From contig CAWIMB010000002.1 of NCBI GenBank assembly GCA_963837155.1, forward strand, positions 3,177,526 through 3,209,525: DNA of 32,000 nt. Reading direction: 5' to 3'. How positions within the stretch are numbered: position 1 is the stretch's first letter; every line of letters starts with the position of its first letter. The notes beneath the pieces are model-generated. The model searched no databases. It was not told where the DNA came from and saw only the letters and a list, made by a program, of their open reading frames with translations. A program made the position numbers and the translations under genes. Below, piece after piece: positions 1 through 8,282 of the stretch. Source of the DNA: an uncultured Actinomycetes bacterium. Its GTDB lineage: Bacteria; Actinomycetota; Acidimicrobiia; IMCC26256; PALSA-610.

Positions 1-180
1 GAACCAGATCCAGAACAACCGCGCCCACGGCCGCTGCCGTTGGAAACGCGCGTACTCACCGGCGAGCGCCGCGAGCCGCGGCTCGTCGATCGGCCGGCCG
101 AGACGGACGAGCCGGCGCAGCCGCCGGCGCTCCATCGGTTCGAGGTGATTCCACTCGTCGACAAACGTCATGGGGCGCAT
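1..180 (-). CDS. hypothetical protein, N-terminal part only (gene runs off the left edge)
   Basis: ATG at 180-178 followed by 60 uninterrupted codons to position 1, with G/C-rich third positions (MRPMTFVDEWNHLEPMERRRLRRLVRLGRPIDEPRLAALAGEYARFQRQRPWARLFWIWF). Absent from the ORF track because no stop lies inside the window. Confidence 0.4.
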   Translation of the reverse strand, partial: MRPMTFVDEWNHLEPMERRRLRRLVRLGRPIDEPRLAALAGEYARFQRQRPWARLFWIWF

Positions 181-377
181 CGTCGCACGGCCACGCGGTG
201 AAGAGAACCGTCGTAACACTCAGTTCACAATGTCGACGCACACCCGGTACACAACCGCCGATTCCGTCAGCATCCCGTCAGCAACTCGGTGGTTGACCGA
301 AACATCCCAGAGACTTCTGCGAAATCGACTACTCGTACCGTCGCCGAAACCGTTCACTACACAGCGGAGGAGGCAAG

Positions 378-1934
378 GTGCGTCATCGAGGTCTGATGCG
401 CGTCGCAGCCGTGTCGGTGCTGGTACCTGTGATCCTCGTGCTCCTTTCGAGCGTGGCGTTCGCAAGCAACATCGATGCCGGCGGTACAACGACCGAGGAG
501 CTCTCGCACACCGACATCAGCCTGAACTTGCTTTGGGTCGTGATCGGCGCGGTGCTCGTCATCTTCATGCAGGCGGGCTTCGCGCTCGTGGAAACCGGGT
601 TCTGCCGGGCGAAGCATGCGGCGCACGTCGTGTCGACGAACTTCGCGATCTTCGGCCTCGGGTTCGTCGCCTACTACGTCGTCGGCTACGCGCTGATGTT
701 CGGGGGCTTCTCGGCATCGGCGATCGGGCTCAATGCGGCGGGAGGCGCGTACGCGACACTGATCGGCTCCGGGAATTGGGTCTTCCTCTGGAAGGGCGGC
801 TTCTTCCTCCAGGGCCACGGCTACGACGTCAGCGCCGCCGCGTTCTTCTTGTACATGGTTGCGTTCATGGACACGACCGCCACGATCCCGACCGGCGCGA
901 TGGCCGAGCGGTGGAAGTGGAACAGCTTCGCGATGTGGGGCTTGTTCTGCGGAGCGATCTACTACCCGCTCTTCGGTGCGTGGACGTGGGGCGGCGGTTG
1001 GCTCTCCAAGCTCGGTGAGAGCGCGAGCATGGGCAACGGCTACGTCGACTTCGCCGGCTCGGGTGTCGTGCACATGATGGGCGGTGTCGCGGGCCTCGCG
1101 GGCGCGCTCGTGCTCGGACCACGGATCGGCAAGTACGGACCCGACGGGAAACCGCGCACCCTGGCCGGGCATCACATACCGATGGCCATGCTCGGGACGT
1201 TCATCTTGTTGTTCGGATGGTTCGGGTTCAACGCGGCGTCGACGTTTGCTGCCACCGATCACCGGTTCGCGCTCGTGGCCGCCAACACCGCGATCGCGGC
1301 TGCGTTCGGTGCGGTCATCGCGATGGTGTGGACGCAGTTGCGAACACCGAAGCACCAACCTGATCCGGGAATGATGGCCAACGGCATGCTTGCAGGGTTG
1401 GTGGGAATCACCGCCCCCTGCGCGTTCGTCCAACCCTTCGGCGCCGCGATCGTCGGCATCGTCGCCGGCGTGATCGTCGTCGAGTCCGTGTGGTTCTTCG
1501 AGAAGCGCGGCGTCGACGACCCGGTCGGCGCGATCTCGGTGCACGGAGTGTGCGGCGCCTGGGGTGTGCTCTCGGTGGGATTGCTGGCCGACGGCAGCTA
1601 CGGCGACGGCTGGAACGGCACCACCGGCACGGTCACCGGCTTGTTCTACGGCGGGGGTGGCGGTCAGCTCGCGGCCCAGCTGATGGGCGTGCTCACGATC
1701 GCGATCGTGATGGGCGGCATCGCCTACGCGTTCTTCGCCATCCAGAACACGCTCACCAAGGGCGGCATCCGCCCGACCCGCGAGGTCGAGCTGCAAGGCG
1801 TCGACCTTCCGGAGATGGGCGTGCTCGCCTATCCGTCGTTCTACGGCTCGAACCCGCACGTGGAGATGCCGACCGACGACGGCTTGGTCGAGCTTCCGGA
1901 ACCGGAGCCGGTCGGCCAAGAGCATTCGCGCTGA
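378..1934 (+). CDS. amt: ammonium transporter (Amt/MEP family)
   Basis: 518-aa ORF. GTG start lies 6 nt after GGAGGAGG (364-371). N-terminal signal-like helix, multiple TM segments, and family motifs AGFALVETGF and VDFAGSGVVHMMGG. Confidence 0.92.
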   Translation: MRHRGLMRVAAVSVLVPVILVLLSSVAFASNIDAGGTTTEELSHTDISLNLLWVVIGAVLVIFMQAGFALVETGFCRAKHAAHVVSTNFAIFGLGFVAYYVVGYALMFGGFSASAIGLNAAGGAYATLIGSGNWVFLWKGGFFLQGHGYDVSAAAFFLYMVAFMDTTATIPTGAMAERWKWNSFAMWGLFCGAIYYPLFGAWTWGGGWLSKLGESASMGNGYVDFAGSGVVHMMGGVAGLAGALVLGPRIGKYGPDGKPRTLAGHHIPMAMLGTFILLFGWFGFNAASTFAATDHRFALVAANTAIAAAFGAVIAMVWTQLRTPKHQPDPGMMANGMLAGLVGITAPCAFVQPFGAAIVGIVAGVIVVESVWFFEKRGVDDPVGAISVHGVCGAWGVLSVGLLADGSYGDGWNGTTGTVTGLFYGGGGGQLAAQLMGVLTIAIVMGGIAYAFFAIQNTLTKGGIRPTREVELQGVDLPEMGVLAYPSFYGSNPHVEMPTDDGLVELPEPEPVGQEHSR

Positions 1935-1945
1935 CCGACGACGAT

Positions 1946-1987
1946 GCCGAGGCGGGGACGCTCGACGAGGAGCGTCCCCGCCTCGGC
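1946..1987 (+). terminator. perfect 17-bp GC-rich stem with 8-nt loop between amt and the downstream regulator gene (terminator/attenuator-type hairpin without U-tract)
   Basis: GCCGAGGCGGGGACGCT (1946-1962), loop CGACGAGG, AGCGTCCCCGCCTCGGC (1971-1987). The arms are exact reverse complements. It begins 12 nt after the amt stop and ends 5 nt before the GAAGGAGG ribosome-binding site of the next gene. Confidence 0.5.
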
Positions 1988-2004
1988 GTCACGAAGGAGG
2001 GCAC

Positions 2005-2580
2005 GTGTCGACGGGCAACGCACCGTTCGGCTCTTGGACCAACGCGGACGTCGTCGTCCTTCGCTACCCGGAACAACGCGCCGAGGTCGAGCGACTGACG
2101 TTGCTCTCCGTCCCCCGGCTCCTTCTCGTCGAGCCGGGCGCGCCGCCGCCGGCCAGCGTGAGCTGTCTCGAGGACTGGGTGCGCATGCCCGCCGCCGACA
2201 CCGACGTGTGGGCCCGGTTGGAGGGCCTGGTCCATCGAGCACGCGAACATCCGGCGGTGCCCAGCCTCGACGGGCACGGGCAGCTCTCGTTCCGCGGGCG
2301 CCGGGTCTTCCTCTCCCCGACCGACGAGCGCATCGCGGCCGCGCTCGTCGCCGCGTTCGATCATGGCGTGGCCGAGGCGGAGCTGTTGCGTGACGTCTGG
2401 CCACACGGCGGGCATCACGGGCAGCTGCGGGTCGAGGTCTCGAGGCTCCGCAAACGGATCGCGCCGATCGGCCTGGGGATCACGGCGATCCGCGGCTTCG
2501 GGTACCGCCTGCACGGAGCCCTCCCGGCCGAGCTGTCAGAAATCCGTCATGGAACCGACGCTCTGCCGCCACAGAGGTGA
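2005..2580 (+). CDS. OmpR/PhoB-type winged-helix DNA-binding protein with a truncated, degenerate receiver-like N-terminus
   Basis: 191 aa, GTG start preceded by GAAGGAGG. The C-terminal half (LSPTDERIAAALVAAFDHGVAEAELLRDVW...LRVEVSRLRKRIAPIGLGITAIRGFGYRL) matches the trans_reg_C pattern. The N-terminal ~90 aa are too short for a full receiver and show no obvious phospho-acceptor context. Confidence 0.7.
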   Translation: MSTGNAPFGSWTNADVVVLRYPEQRAEVERLTLLSVPRLLLVEPGAPPPASVSCLEDWVRMPAADTDVWARLEGLVHRAREHPAVPSLDGHGQLSFRGRRVFLSPTDERIAAALVAAFDHGVAEAELLRDVWPHGGHHGQLRVEVSRLRKRIAPIGLGITAIRGFGYRLHGALPAELSEIRHGTDALPPQR

Positions 2581-2631
2581 CGCGTCGCAGAAATCTTTCG
2601 CAGCGAGCATGAGCAGGATCTGACCGACACC

Positions 2632-5382
2632 TTGCGGCCGCCCGGAGCTCAGCGCGTGGATGTGAACCGGATTCTGCTCGACATCCTCGTTGTGCTGCTC
2701 GCGGCCAAGCTCGCGGCCGAGCTGGCGGACCGGGTCGGCGTGCCGGCGGTCGTCGGTGAGATCGCTGCCGGCATACTCATCGGCCCGTCGGCGCTGGGGC
2801 TCGTGCACAGCAGCGAGGCACTCCAAACGCTCGCCCAACTCGGCGTGATCCTCCTCTTGTTGGAGGTCGGGCTCGAGATGGATCTCGGTGAGCTGAGCAG
2901 CGTCGGGCGGGCCTCGCTCGCAGTCGCGCTCGTCGGTGTCGTCGTCCCGCTGGGCTCCGGCGCGCTGACCGGCCTGGCGCTCGGCATGTCCGGCAAGGAG
3001 GCGTTGTTCGTCGGCGCCGCGCTTACCGCAACGAGCGTCGGCATCACCGCCCGCGTCTTCGGAGACCTGCGCGCGCTCGCGACGGTTGAGGCGCGCACCG
3101 TGCTCGGTGCTGCAGTCGCCGACGACATCCTCGGCCTCGTGATCCTCACCGTCGTGACCCGCATCGTTACCGGCGGATCGGTGTCCGCGTTGGGCATCAC
3201 CTGGGTCGTCGTCGTCGCGGTCGGGTTCGTCGTGCTGACGACTGCGGTCGGCCTGCGGCTCGCGCCGCCAATGTTCGCGTTCATCCGCCGTTATAGCCGT
3301 TCGTCCGGAACGCTCGTGGCGCTCGCGCTCGCGTTCACGTTGGGCATCTCGGAGCTTGCCCACGCCGCGCAGCTCGCGCCGATCGTGGGGGCGTTCGTGG
3401 CCGGACTCGTGCTCTCGCGCAGCACCGCGTCGGAGCGCGTCCGCAAGGAGCTCTCACCGGTCGGTCACCTGTTGATTCCGGTGTTCTTCTTGCAGATCGG
3501 GATCGACGCCGATGTCAGTCAGTTCGCGCGGCCGGCCGTCTTCGGCACCGCGGCCGCATTGTTGGTCGTCGCGCTGCTCGGCAAGCTCGCGTCGGCGGCC
3601 GGGATGATCGGATCGCCCGGCGATCGCCTGCTTGTCGGCATCGGCATGATTCCCCGCGGCGAGGTTGGGCTGATCTTCGCGACGCTCGGCCTCAACGAGC
3701 ACGTCTTCGGCCAGGACGTATACGCGGCCTTGCTGCTCGTTGTGCTGGTGACCACGGTCGGGACCCCGCCGTTCCTGCGCGCCCGGCTCCTCGCGCTCCG
3801 GGGACGGCACCGCGAAGCGAGCGGCGCCGTGATCCCCGCGGGTGGCACGATCGTGCGGATCACCGACGCGGGAACGGTGGAGTTGACCGGCGAGCCGCTG
3901 CCCAGCGACGCGCTCGTCGAGCGCGTTGACCGTCGCCCGCCTTGCCGAGCAGCATGCGCTTGGTCCGACCGTCCTCGAATGGTTGAACGACTTTCCGCCC
4001 GGACCGCGCCGGTGGGACGATCGCGCTCGTCACGAGCTGTGGCGCGTAATGCGAGAAGGCGGGCCACGATCGTGGCGGCTGCTCACCGCGTCGGGCGTGC
4101 TGCAACGAGCCCTGCCCGAGCTCGACGATGCCCTCGCACGCACGGCGCGGACTCGTTCGATCTCGACCCGCTCGCCGCGTTGCGTTTTCCGCGCCTGGAA
4201 TCGCTCCGCGCCGCATTGCCCGACCACGCGCCAGAGCTGCCGTCGGCGGACGCCGTGTTGCTCGCTGCGCTGATCCTCGACGTGTGCGACGACACAGATC
4301 TCGAGCCGGTGATCGTTGCCCGGCGTACCGTGCAGCGCCTCGATCTGGGAGCGCGCGTCGAGCACACGGTCGCGACGATCATCACCGATGCCGGGCTGCT
4401 CCCGGCCGCGATCCGTCGCATGGACGCGTTCGAGCAGGAACCGGTGCTGCATCTCGCGATGCATCTCGAAACGATCGACGAGCTCGACGCGCTCGCGTTC
4501 TTCACGCGTGCGACGTTCACCGGGGAACGCTGGGAACTGGACCGGCTGGATGCGCTCGTCAACCTCGTTCGGGAGACCCTCGAGCGGCCCGACCTCGTCG
4601 ACCGTGGTGCGTTGTACGAGATCGAACGCCGGCGCAACGAGGCGAGCAGTCGCTCGCTCCGAGCCGCCGTGCGAGAGCGTATTCACGCGGCGCCCCGTGA
4701 ATACGTCCTTGCGCACACCGCCGATGATCTGGTGCGGCACGCCCAGTTGTTGGAGCCGGCGCTGGGGCGCGGCGAAGTCCACGTGCGGGTCGATGCGCTT
4801 GCCGGACCCCGCGAATTCCGCGTCGAGATCGCGACACGCGACCAGATCGGGTTGATTGCACGCACGGCGCGCGTGCTCCTCGACGCGCAATGCTCGGTCG
4901 ACAGCGCGCTCGCCGCGACGTGGGGGGACGGCACCGCGCTCACGTCGTACCGCGTACACGCACCGAAGGAGCCGGGCGAGGAAGCACTCGTCGACACGCT
5001 CCGGGGGGGTCTCGACGCACCGCTCGAGGCGCCCGCGGCGCCGGAGATCGATGTGGAGTTCGACGACGACGGGTCGCCTTGGTACACCCGCTGCACCGCG
5101 AAAGCCGTCGACCGCCCCGGGCTTCTCCGCACGCTCGCGACTGCATTCGCAGTGGCAGAGGCGAACGTCCACTCGGCCCGGATCGTCACTGATCGCGATT
5201 TGGCGATCGACACGTTCGAGCTCACCAGCCGCACCGGCCGCAAACTCGACGATCAGGTGAAGGCGCGTATTCGCACGGTGTTGGCGCAGGGCATCGAACC
5301 GCCTCGCGGCCGTCTCCGCCGCTGGGGCTGGAAGCGCGGCGCCGTGCGATTATCGACGGGTGAGGTGGGGTCGGTCAGGTGA
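2632..5382 (+). CDS. CPA2-type cation:proton antiporter (aa 1-390) fused to a GlnD-like C-terminal module (degenerate HD region plus two ACT domains); contains an apparently off-frame internal segment
   Basis: The N-terminus (LAAELADRVGVPAVVGEIAAGILIGPS, about 12 TM segments, IPRGEVGLIF) is Kef/CPA2-like. The C-terminus has a GlnD-like helical region (LLAALILDVCDD where GlnD has HD), then ACT-like FRVEIATRDQIGLIARTARVLL and TRCTAKAVDRPGLLRTLATAFAVAEANV. The start could also be GTG 2656 or 2662. See the finding on the 3920-4150 frame excursion. Confidence 0.7.
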   Translation: MRPPGAQRVDVNRILLDILVVLLAAKLAAELADRVGVPAVVGEIAAGILIGPSALGLVHSSEALQTLAQLGVILLLLEVGLEMDLGELSSVGRASLAVALVGVVVPLGSGALTGLALGMSGKEALFVGAALTATSVGITARVFGDLRALATVEARTVLGAAVADDILGLVILTVVTRIVTGGSVSALGITWVVVVAVGFVVLTTAVGLRLAPPMFAFIRRYSRSSGTLVALALAFTLGISELAHAAQLAPIVGAFVAGLVLSRSTASERVRKELSPVGHLLIPVFFLQIGIDADVSQFARPAVFGTAAALLVVALLGKLASAAGMIGSPGDRLLVGIGMIPRGEVGLIFATLGLNEHVFGQDVYAALLLVVLVTTVGTPPFLRARLLALRGRHREASGAVIPAGGTIVRITDAGTVELTGEPLPSDALVERVDRRPPCRAACAWSDRPRMVERLSARTAPVGRSRSSRAVARNARRRATIVAAAHRVGRAATSPARARRCPRTHGADSFDLDPLAALRFPRLESLRAALPDHAPELPSADAVLLAALILDVCDDTDLEPVIVARRTVQRLDLGARVEHTVATIITDAGLLPAAIRRMDAFEQEPVLHLAMHLETIDELDALAFFTRATFTGERWELDRLDALVNLVRETLERPDLVDRGALYEIERRRNEASSRSLRAAVRERIHAAPREYVLAHTADDLVRHAQLLEPALGRGEVHVRVDALAGPREFRVEIATRDQIGLIARTARVLLDAQCSVDSALAATWGDGTALTSYRVHAPKEPGEEALVDTLRGGLDAPLEAPAAPEIDVEFDDDGSPWYTRCTAKAVDRPGLLRTLATAFAVAEANVHSARIVTDRDLAIDTFELTSRTGRKLDDQVKARIRTVLAQGIEPPRGRLRRWGWKRGAVRLSTGEVGSVR

Positions 5383-6549
5383 GAGCCGGCGGATCGCGAT
5401 CGCGCCGACCCCGCCTGCCAGCAGCGACGCCCCGAAGATCGCGACCTTGGCTGCGTCAAGCTGAGCGCCCGTGTAAGAGAGGTTGGCAACGAACAGCGAC
5501 ACGGTGAAGCCGATGCCCGCAAGAATGCCGACGCCGGCGATGTGAGCGAGGCGGATCCCGTCGGGGAGCCGCCCGACGCGCAAGCCGCAACCGAGCGCAG
5601 TGGCGCCGAAGATGCCGAGCGTCTTGCCGACGACGAGGCCGGCGACGATACCCCATGCGATGCGACTCGAGATGGCGTCCTTCAACGCGTCGCCGCTCAG
5701 CACGACGCCGGCGTTGGCCAGCGCGAACAGCGGTACGACGAGAAAGCTGGATACTGGGTGCAAGCGGCGCTCGAGCGACTCGAGCACGAGACGACCGCGT
5801 ACGGGGCGGGCCGGCATCAGCAAACCCAGCAACACGCCGGCGATGGTTGCGTGTATTCCCGACGAGTGGATGCAGATCCACAATCCGACGGCGGGCACGA
5901 CGTACAAGAGAGGTGATGCGACCGGGACCCGGCGCAAGGTCACCATGAGCACACAGATCGCGAGGGCCCCGCCCAGCCACGCAAGATTGATGTCCATCGA
6001 ATAGAAGCACACGATCACGACGATCGCGCCGACGTCGTCGACGATCGCCAGCGTCAAGAGGAACAGTCGAAGCTTGGTGGGCACCATCTCGCCGAGCAAT
6101 GCGAGCACACCCATTGCGAGCGCGATGTCAGTTGCGATGGGAATTCCCCAGCCGTGCCCCGCACCGGTTCCAGTATTGATCGACAGGAAGATCAATGCAG
6201 GCAGGATCATCCCGCCGCACGCTGCCAACACCGGGAGCGCCGCGGTGCGCGGGTCTCGCAGATCCCCGACAACCAGCTCGCGTTTTATCTCGAGAGCGAC
6301 GACGAAGAAGAAGATCGTCATCAGTCCGTCGTTGACCCAGTGACGCAGGTCCAGCGACGTCTCCAGGGGACCCATCCCGATCGTCACGACATGTGTCCAC
6401 ACGGTGTCGTAGCTGTCCGTGTCGATATTCGCCCAGAGCAGCGCCGCGAGTGCGGCAACGATGAGTACGACGCCGCTGAGGGCTTCGAGGGAGACGAACT
6501 CCTCGCCTACAGGAGACAAGTAGCGGCCCACGGCACGAATACGAACCAT
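5350..6549 (-). CDS. nhaA: Na+/H+ antiporter NhaA
   Basis: Motifs WVNDGLMTIFFFVVALEIKRE, GWGIPIATDIALAMGVLALLG and LLTLAIVDDVGAIVVI. The ORF-track ORF extends to 6888, but the NhaA-like sequence starts near the ATG at 6549 (alternative ATG at 6561). The upstream 110 codons are compositionally non-coding and overlap the SDR gene. Confidence 0.9.
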   Translation of the reverse strand: MVRIRAVGRYLSPVGEEFVSLEALSGVVLIVAALAALLWANIDTDSYDTVWTHVVTIGMGPLETSLDLRHWVNDGLMTIFFFVVALEIKRELVVGDLRDPRTAALPVLAACGGMILPALIFLSINTGTGAGHGWGIPIATDIALAMGVLALLGEMVPTKLRLFLLTLAIVDDVGAIVVIVCFYSMDINLAWLGGALAICVLMVTLRRVPVASPLLYVVPAVGLWICIHSSGIHATIAGVLLGLLMPARPVRGRLVLESLERRLHPVSSFLVVPLFALANAGVVLSGDALKDAISSRIAWGIVAGLVVGKTLGIFGATALGCGLRVGRLPDGIRLAHIAGVGILAGIGFTVSLFVANLSYTGAQLDAAKVAIFGASLLAGGVGAIAIRRLSPDRPHLTRR

Positions 6550-6640
6550 GCGGCGAGTCATCGATCCTCCGGGAGCGCGTGGCATTGAGCTGCCGACCAG
6601 GCTTCCCGGCACACCAGCGGTCATCGTATCCTGTCTGGAC

Positions 6641-7462
6641 GTGAGCGAATCCCGAACTGCCCTCACCACCGGTGCAAACTCGGGCATCGGTCTCGCGACC
6701 GTGCTCGAGCTCGCGCGCCGAGGCTTCCGGTCGGTCGGCACGGTTCGTTCGGAGGCGAAAGCTGAGATCGTCGAGAAGGCAGCCGCCGACGCGGGCGTCA
6801 CCGTCGAGACCGCGTTGCTCGACGTCACCGATGCCATCGGGTGCGCACGCATCATCGACGAATACCGGCCGTGGGGACTCGTGAACAACGCGGGCTACTC
6901 GATCACGGGCGCCATCGAAGACGTGAGCGATGACGAAGCGACCGCTGCGTTCGAGACGATGGTCCTCGCGCCGATGCGCCTCGCGCGCCATGCCTTGCTG
7001 CACATGCGGGCCGAGGGCGGCGGTCGGATCGTCAACATCTCGTCGATCTACGGGCGCACGACGACCCCGTTCACGGGCTGGTACCAAGGGGCGAAGCACG
7101 CGCTCGAGGGTCTGTCGGATGCGCTGCGCATGGAAGTCGCGCGCGACGGCGTACGCGTGATCCTCATCGAGCCCGGCGGCTTCAAGACCGGGATCTGGGA
7201 GGAGACCAGTCGCGAGGTCGCCAAACGCGAGGGTTCGCGCTACGACGGTGCGTACCAACGCACGCTCTCGAACACGCGCCTGTGGCAACCGTTCATGGGC
7301 GACCCGGTGCGCTGCGCGAAGGTGATCGCGTCGGCGCTCACGACGCGGCTTCCGCGCCCGCGTTACCTCGTCGGCTACGACGCACAGGCGCTCGCGTTGT
7401 GGAGCTCGCTCACGCCGACGCAGGTGAAGGACCGCATCGTCCGCATCTTCATGGCCCTCTAA
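6641..7462 (+). CDS. short-chain dehydrogenase/reductase (SDR)
   Basis: TGANSGIG dinucleotide motif right after the GTG at 6641, plus NNAG and the catalytic YQGAK. The longer ORF from 6548 adds a non-SDR leader and is less likely. Confidence 0.85.
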   Translation: MSESRTALTTGANSGIGLATVLELARRGFRSVGTVRSEAKAEIVEKAAADAGVTVETALLDVTDAIGCARIIDEYRPWGLVNNAGYSITGAIEDVSDDEATAAFETMVLAPMRLARHALLHMRAEGGGRIVNISSIYGRTTTPFTGWYQGAKHALEGLSDALRMEVARDGVRVILIEPGGFKTGIWEETSREVAKREGSRYDGAYQRTLSNTRLWQPFMGDPVRCAKVIASALTTRLPRPRYLVGYDAQALALWSSLTPTQVKDRIVRIFMAL

Positions 7463-7468
7463 GGGACA

Positions 7469-8265
7469 CTAGGACAAGGGCTCGCGCCCGGCACCGGGCG
7501 GGCCGGCGAACGCTTGCGCGATCTGCATCCACTGGGTGGCGAGCGGTCCGCTGATCGCGAGCTTGGTATCGGCGAGGTGCCGGCGTTGCGTGACGACCAA
7601 ACAGAAGTCGACGGCATCGCCTTCGACGCGGTCGGTCGCGCTTGCGTCGCCCCACGTCCACGTCCCACCGTCGGGGCTCTTGAGCGCCACGTACACGGGC
7701 GCGTCGGGAACGTTCAGGCCGCGGGAAACAAAACTGTTCGGCAGCGTGCGTACGCCGATGTGCGCGACATGACGCAGCGCAGGTGTGGTGGCGCGCGTGA
7801 CATCGAGCGCATCGGCCACATCCTGGCCGTGCGCCCACGTCTCCATGATCCGTGCGGTGAGCGACGACGGGATACTCATGTCGGGCCCGTACCAGGGCAC
7901 GCGTGTACTCGGGTCGAGGGCCAGCAACGCCTTCACCATCGCGGCGCGTGCGTCCCGGAACCACTGGTGGAGCGCGGCGATGTCGAGCGCGCGGCGCGTT
8001 TCGCAATTCCCTCGGTGAAGCCGTCGACATCAGCGAACTCCGAGAAGGCTGCGTCGCGCTCGGCGCGGAAGCGGTCGGGGTCGACGGCGGCGAGTGTTGC
8101 GGCTTCGTCGAAGTAGGCGAGGTGGCTGATCTGGTCGCGGATCGCCCAGCCCACCGCGGGTGTTGGACGTTCCCAATCAGCGACGTCGAGCGGTTCGAGC
8201 AGCCGCTCGAGCTCATACGTCTCCGCACCGAGATCGTCGGCGAGCTGCGAGGGGTCGACCGGCAC
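7469..8265 (-). pseudogene. TIGR03084-like / mycothiol-dependent maleylpyruvate-isomerase-family (DinB-like) protein split by one frameshift
   Basis: Two adjacent minus ORFs (7933-8265 and 7469-7939). The N-terminal part has WERPTPAVGWAIRDQISHLAYFDEAA. Reading the third frame across 7985-8000 gives a continuous ...GIAKRAA/ALDIAALHQWFRDARAAMVKALLALDPSTRVPWYGP. The tail STSPRSTSGSGTHAPRW of the first ORF is off-frame. Confidence 0.7.
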
Positions 8266-8282
8266 GCAAGTACGTTATAGCC

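Noticed and set aside
357-1925. 522-aa minus-strand ORF antisense to amt
   Set aside because: Its composition is Arg/His/Asp/Glu-rich with no hydrophobic core or motifs, and it exactly shadows a well-supported transporter gene. This is the typical open antisense frame of a high-GC genome.
6550-6888. N-terminal 113-codon extension of the nhaA ORF
   Set aside because: It has no NhaA similarity and a low-complexity Ser/Ala/Arg composition, and it overlaps the SDR gene on the other strand. NhaA-like sequence begins right after the ATG at 6549.
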